Assembly (NCBI GenBank): GCA_044359815.1 | Contig: JBIKLL010000001.1 | Coordinates: 32,001-96,000, forward strand | Length of the DNA: 64,000 nt | Direction: 5' to 3' | From: Pseudobdellovibrionaceae bacterium | GTDB lineage: Bacteria; Bdellovibrionota; Bdellovibrionia; Bdellovibrionales; Bdellovibrionaceae | Part shown: positions 61,321 through 64,000 of the stretch, piece after piece | Position numbering within the stretch: the first letter of the stretch is position 1 | Layout: each line of letters opens with the position of its first letter | The notes under the pieces: generated by a model | Told to the model about the DNA's origin: nothing | Seen by the model: only the letters and a program-made list of their open reading frames with translations | Database searches by the model: none | Made by a program: the position numbers and the translations under genes

Positions 61321-61397
61321 AGAACAAATCTAAATCTGTAAATCCGTTTTGACCAGCATAAAAAAGCCGGGTCCTGCATCAGCGTCAATAAAACTTT

Positions 61398-61439
61398 AAC
61401 TGGCCAGCTTCGCCTTCGATTAATTTAAATTTTAAAAAA
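61398..61439 (+). repeat. Solitary degenerate outer arm of the type 2 element
   Basis: AACTGGCCAGCTTCGCCTTCGATTAATTTAAATTTTAAAAAA vs reverse complement of the 32.2k end AACTGCCCACTTGGCTTCGGCTAATTTGAATTTTAAAAAA. Confidence 0.55.
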
Positions 61440-61469
61440 CAAGATTCACTTCTTAATTTGATGTTTATC

Positions 61470-61500
61470 AAAAAAATCGGCGGACCTAAGCCCGCCGATT
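61470..61500 (-). terminator. Rho-independent terminator
   Basis: AATCGGCGG/CCGCCGATT stem followed by T-run on minus strand, downstream of 61555-62568 gene. Confidence 0.75.
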
Positions 61501-61554
61501 CTACTCTTATGATAAAGAGTGTTGAATTGCCATCTCCCCATATCTAAATACTAA

Positions 61555-62568
61555 TTATTTAGATGTCCCTCTTTTTTCACGTCTTGCAGACTCATGAGAT
61601 ACTTTTGCAGCAGCTCTAAGTCCTAAAGTCGTCGTGTCTGCGCCCCCTGAAACCCATGTTTTTCTGACCTCTGGTCCAAACATTAGGTATTTTCCGACTT
61701 GGAATTTATAGGCCAAGCCAAGCTCTTTTGCGTTGTTATCAATCAATTGATAATCAACAACAACTGTACCAGCTGAAACTTTCATACTGGCTCCCACTTG
61801 AGCAGCGTATTCTGAATTTGGATGAGCAGGATTGTTTTTAAATTTAATCCCCTGTGCCCAAATTTCGTACCCACCCTCAGTGTTTGAATACACTAAACCA
61901 AGGCTGTATCTTTTTTCATTATCAGAACTGCCAGCAGTTTCTTGAGTCATTGCCGACATCTGAGCTTTAAGTTCCTTGGTAATTTTAGCTGTGACCTTTA
62001 CTGACAAACCTTTTTCATCAGCAATGTCAAAATCATCAGCTCCGTTTTCATAGACACTCAAGGCAACTTGCTCGATCACGTCTAAAACATTCACTGGAAC
62101 TAAAAATGTCAGACCGATTTTATATTTATTTTCGGCGACACCATTTCCGTACAGCAAACTGTCTTCGGGAATAGCTAATTGATCAATGCGTTGACCAAAA
62201 GCCATTCTCTGTTTACCCGCAATCATCACGACTCTGGTTGTACCCAAAGCTTCACCCAATTCATATCGAACACTTAGGTCCTCAACGATTTGAGCAATTT
62301 CAAGACGGGTCAAATCTTGTGATTCTCCGTCTTTCACCAGCAACTGCGTTGCTTTTATTTTTGCATACAGTTCTAGCCCTTTAGCTAAAACCATATTGAA
62401 CTTCACTATAGCTCGCCCACGAACATTCAGTTCGTAGTCGTTAGCGCTCTTGCCAGTCATATCCATTTGAACTGTAGCATCTACTTTGCGATCCCATGGC
62501 GCATTTTGCGCGATGGCTGTTGTTGTTAATCCTGTTAACAACAATGATGTTAGAATGTGTTTTGTCAC
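61555..62568 (-). CDS. Hypothetical secreted porin-like beta-barrel protein
   Basis: Signal peptide, AGKQ..AFG, amphipathic strands; AAGGGGG SD before GTG. Confidence 0.6.
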   Translation of the reverse strand: MTKHILTSLLLTGLTTTAIAQNAPWDRKVDATVQMDMTGKSANDYELNVRGRAIVKFNMVLAKGLELYAKIKATQLLVKDGESQDLTRLEIAQIVEDLSVRYELGEALGTTRVVMIAGKQRMAFGQRIDQLAIPEDSLLYGNGVAENKYKIGLTFLVPVNVLDVIEQVALSVYENGADDFDIADEKGLSVKVTAKITKELKAQMSAMTQETAGSSDNEKRYSLGLVYSNTEGGYEIWAQGIKFKNNPAHPNSEYAAQVGASMKVSAGTVVVDYQLIDNNAKELGLAYKFQVGKYLMFGPEVRKTWVSGGADTTTLGLRAAAKVSHESARREKRGTSK

Positions 62569-62642
62569 ATTTTCCCCCTTAGGTTGGTTAGTGGTTTTAT
62601 TTTCCCCATCACGAAATCAATTTTCGTGTTTTTCCCAGCATT

Positions 62643-62658
62643 ACAATTACAGTGCCAA
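62643..62658 (-). promoter_or_regulatory. Possible sigma54 (-24/-12) promoter
   Basis: TTGGCAC-TGTAA-TTGT (consensus TGGCAC-N5-TTGC, one mismatch), 75 nt upstream of the 62568 start. Confidence 0.4.
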
Positions 62659-62901
62659 GTTTCAGCACCTGTTGATTTTGATTTGAAGCTGTTTTTCAAA
62701 ACTCACCGGGAATTTTTTGCTTTTCAAAAAAGCGCAGAAAGTCACCTGCGACCAGATTTGCTGAAGGATTTCAGGAACTTCTTTTTTTTACGCGACTGTG
62801 TACCAATTTTTGACACTTGATAAATCTTTACATTTTAAACTTTCATTCATTTTTATTTTTCCGTGATGGTGGCAGTATCCAAAAAATGTTTGGGGGGAAA
62901 C

Positions 62902-63912
62902 ATGAGAATAAATAAACATTTTGTTTTTGTTTTTTGCTTAGCCATTTCTTACTCGGCCTCAGCATTGGATTTATCCTGGAGTCACAATGGCTCTAAAATG
63001 CCCACTGATTTAATTAATCAATTACTTAAACATCAAGACCTAACGGTGCTGGACAATTACTTTGGAGTTGTTGATTGCTCCGTTGAGGACTTTCAGTATG
63101 ATACTGAGCTTTCCATCCAACAAAAATTAGCCTTGATAGATAAAGCACAAAACCGAGAAAGTTTTTGCGAGGCCGCTCAAGCCTATTATTCACTGACAAC
63201 GGAATTTTTGCCTCACAACATTTATGGGTACGTTGGATCGATTATCAATCTGATTTTGGCCAGGGACTATGTCTCGGCCACTGACACAGCCAACGAATTT
63301 TTATCACGCCACAATCACAGTCAAAATGAACAATCCGTCAGAGTTTTGCTGCTGATTGCGGCCTATCACAGATCTTTGGATGAAGGCATTCAATTTAACC
63401 AAGTCAAAACAGCTGACTTTTTAGGTCTGCATGCAGACCAAGTTCCCAAAAAAGAGCTTTCATACAATCTGAGCGTTCGCAGTTATTTGGAATTATTTCC
63501 AAAGGGGCAATACATAGAACTGGTTAATAAAATGCAAAAAAACGCTCGCATACAATATTGCCGTCATCAACTGAATGTGGCCTCCTATCGAATTCAGCGA
63601 AATGACTATGTTGCAGCCATCGAAGTCCTAGATCCCGTACTGAAAAATTACGGCTATTTGACTGAAATTTTGCCTGAAGCTCTTTATCTGGAGGTTGCTG
63701 CGCAATCTGGGCTGTCTAAAGCGGTTTTGCATACGGATTCAATTGAAGACACAAAAATCTGGATGTGGACCGGCCAGGAACCTGGTTCGCCGATAGATAG
63801 AAAGAAAATTTCACTATCAGCTTGGGAAAGCGCCACTGATTTTGCAAAATCATTGAAAGCAAAATTTCCTGCAAGCTCGTGGAATAAAAAAGCCCAAGAT
63901 TTATTGAAATAA
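62902..63912 (+). CDS. BamD/TPR-like secreted protein
   Basis: Signal peptide; helical repeats, YL..FP.G.Y, VA.Y.....DY.AAI, EALY, L..KFP.S.W..KA..L. Confidence 0.55.
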   Translation: MRINKHFVFVFCLAISYSASALDLSWSHNGSKMPTDLINQLLKHQDLTVLDNYFGVVDCSVEDFQYDTELSIQQKLALIDKAQNRESFCEAAQAYYSLTTEFLPHNIYGYVGSIINLILARDYVSATDTANEFLSRHNHSQNEQSVRVLLLIAAYHRSLDEGIQFNQVKTADFLGLHADQVPKKELSYNLSVRSYLELFPKGQYIELVNKMQKNARIQYCRHQLNVASYRIQRNDYVAAIEVLDPVLKNYGYLTEILPEALYLEVAAQSGLSKAVLHTDSIEDTKIWMWTGQEPGSPIDRKKISLSAWESATDFAKSLKAKFPASSWNKKAQDLLK

Positions 63913-64000
63913 ATTTTGTACCCAACAATATTCTGGAAGATTCCATGACAGACTGTTTGCTGTCATTGGGCTTTTATGCTACGCCCTGTGTTGAAGCTAG

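Noticed and set aside
59424..64000. Genomic island integrated at tRNA-Leu
   Set aside because: No integrase or duplicated tRNA 3' end seen within the window

Overview
Bacterial chromosomal window, mostly housekeeping genes. Gene content and order resemble a Bdellovibrionota (Bdellovibrio-like) genome; this is inferred, not database-checked. Contents: an alternative complex III operon (actA-E, cut off at the left edge) with system II cytochrome c biogenesis genes; a GNAT/M14 peptidase/hydrolase cluster; a secreted ankyrin protein; ssb; a type II secretion operon gspC-N; mutL-miaA-yicC-gmk-rpoZ-spoT; rimP-nusA-infB-rbfA-truB-rpsO-pnp-M16-dut; tRNA-Leu(CAA); and several beta-barrel and hypothetical genes. 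The most striking unexplained structure is a dispersed family of long intergenic hairpins: 6 complete elements at 5 loci plus 2 solitary arms. Four of the five loci lie between convergent genes. Their AT-rich arms differ between copies yet are nearly perfectly complementary within each copy, while the GC-rich, imperfectly paired cores are conserved. Type 1 is a 40-63 bp stem around a ~54 nt core. Type 2 is a ~400 nt rod carrying the same bulged X/Y module once on each strand. No transposase or recombinase is in the window. Smaller observations: miaA has no canonical start codon (ATC behind a strong SD), several genes look leaderless, a CDS start overlaps the tRNA CCA, and CcsA appears to carry an in-frame deletion.
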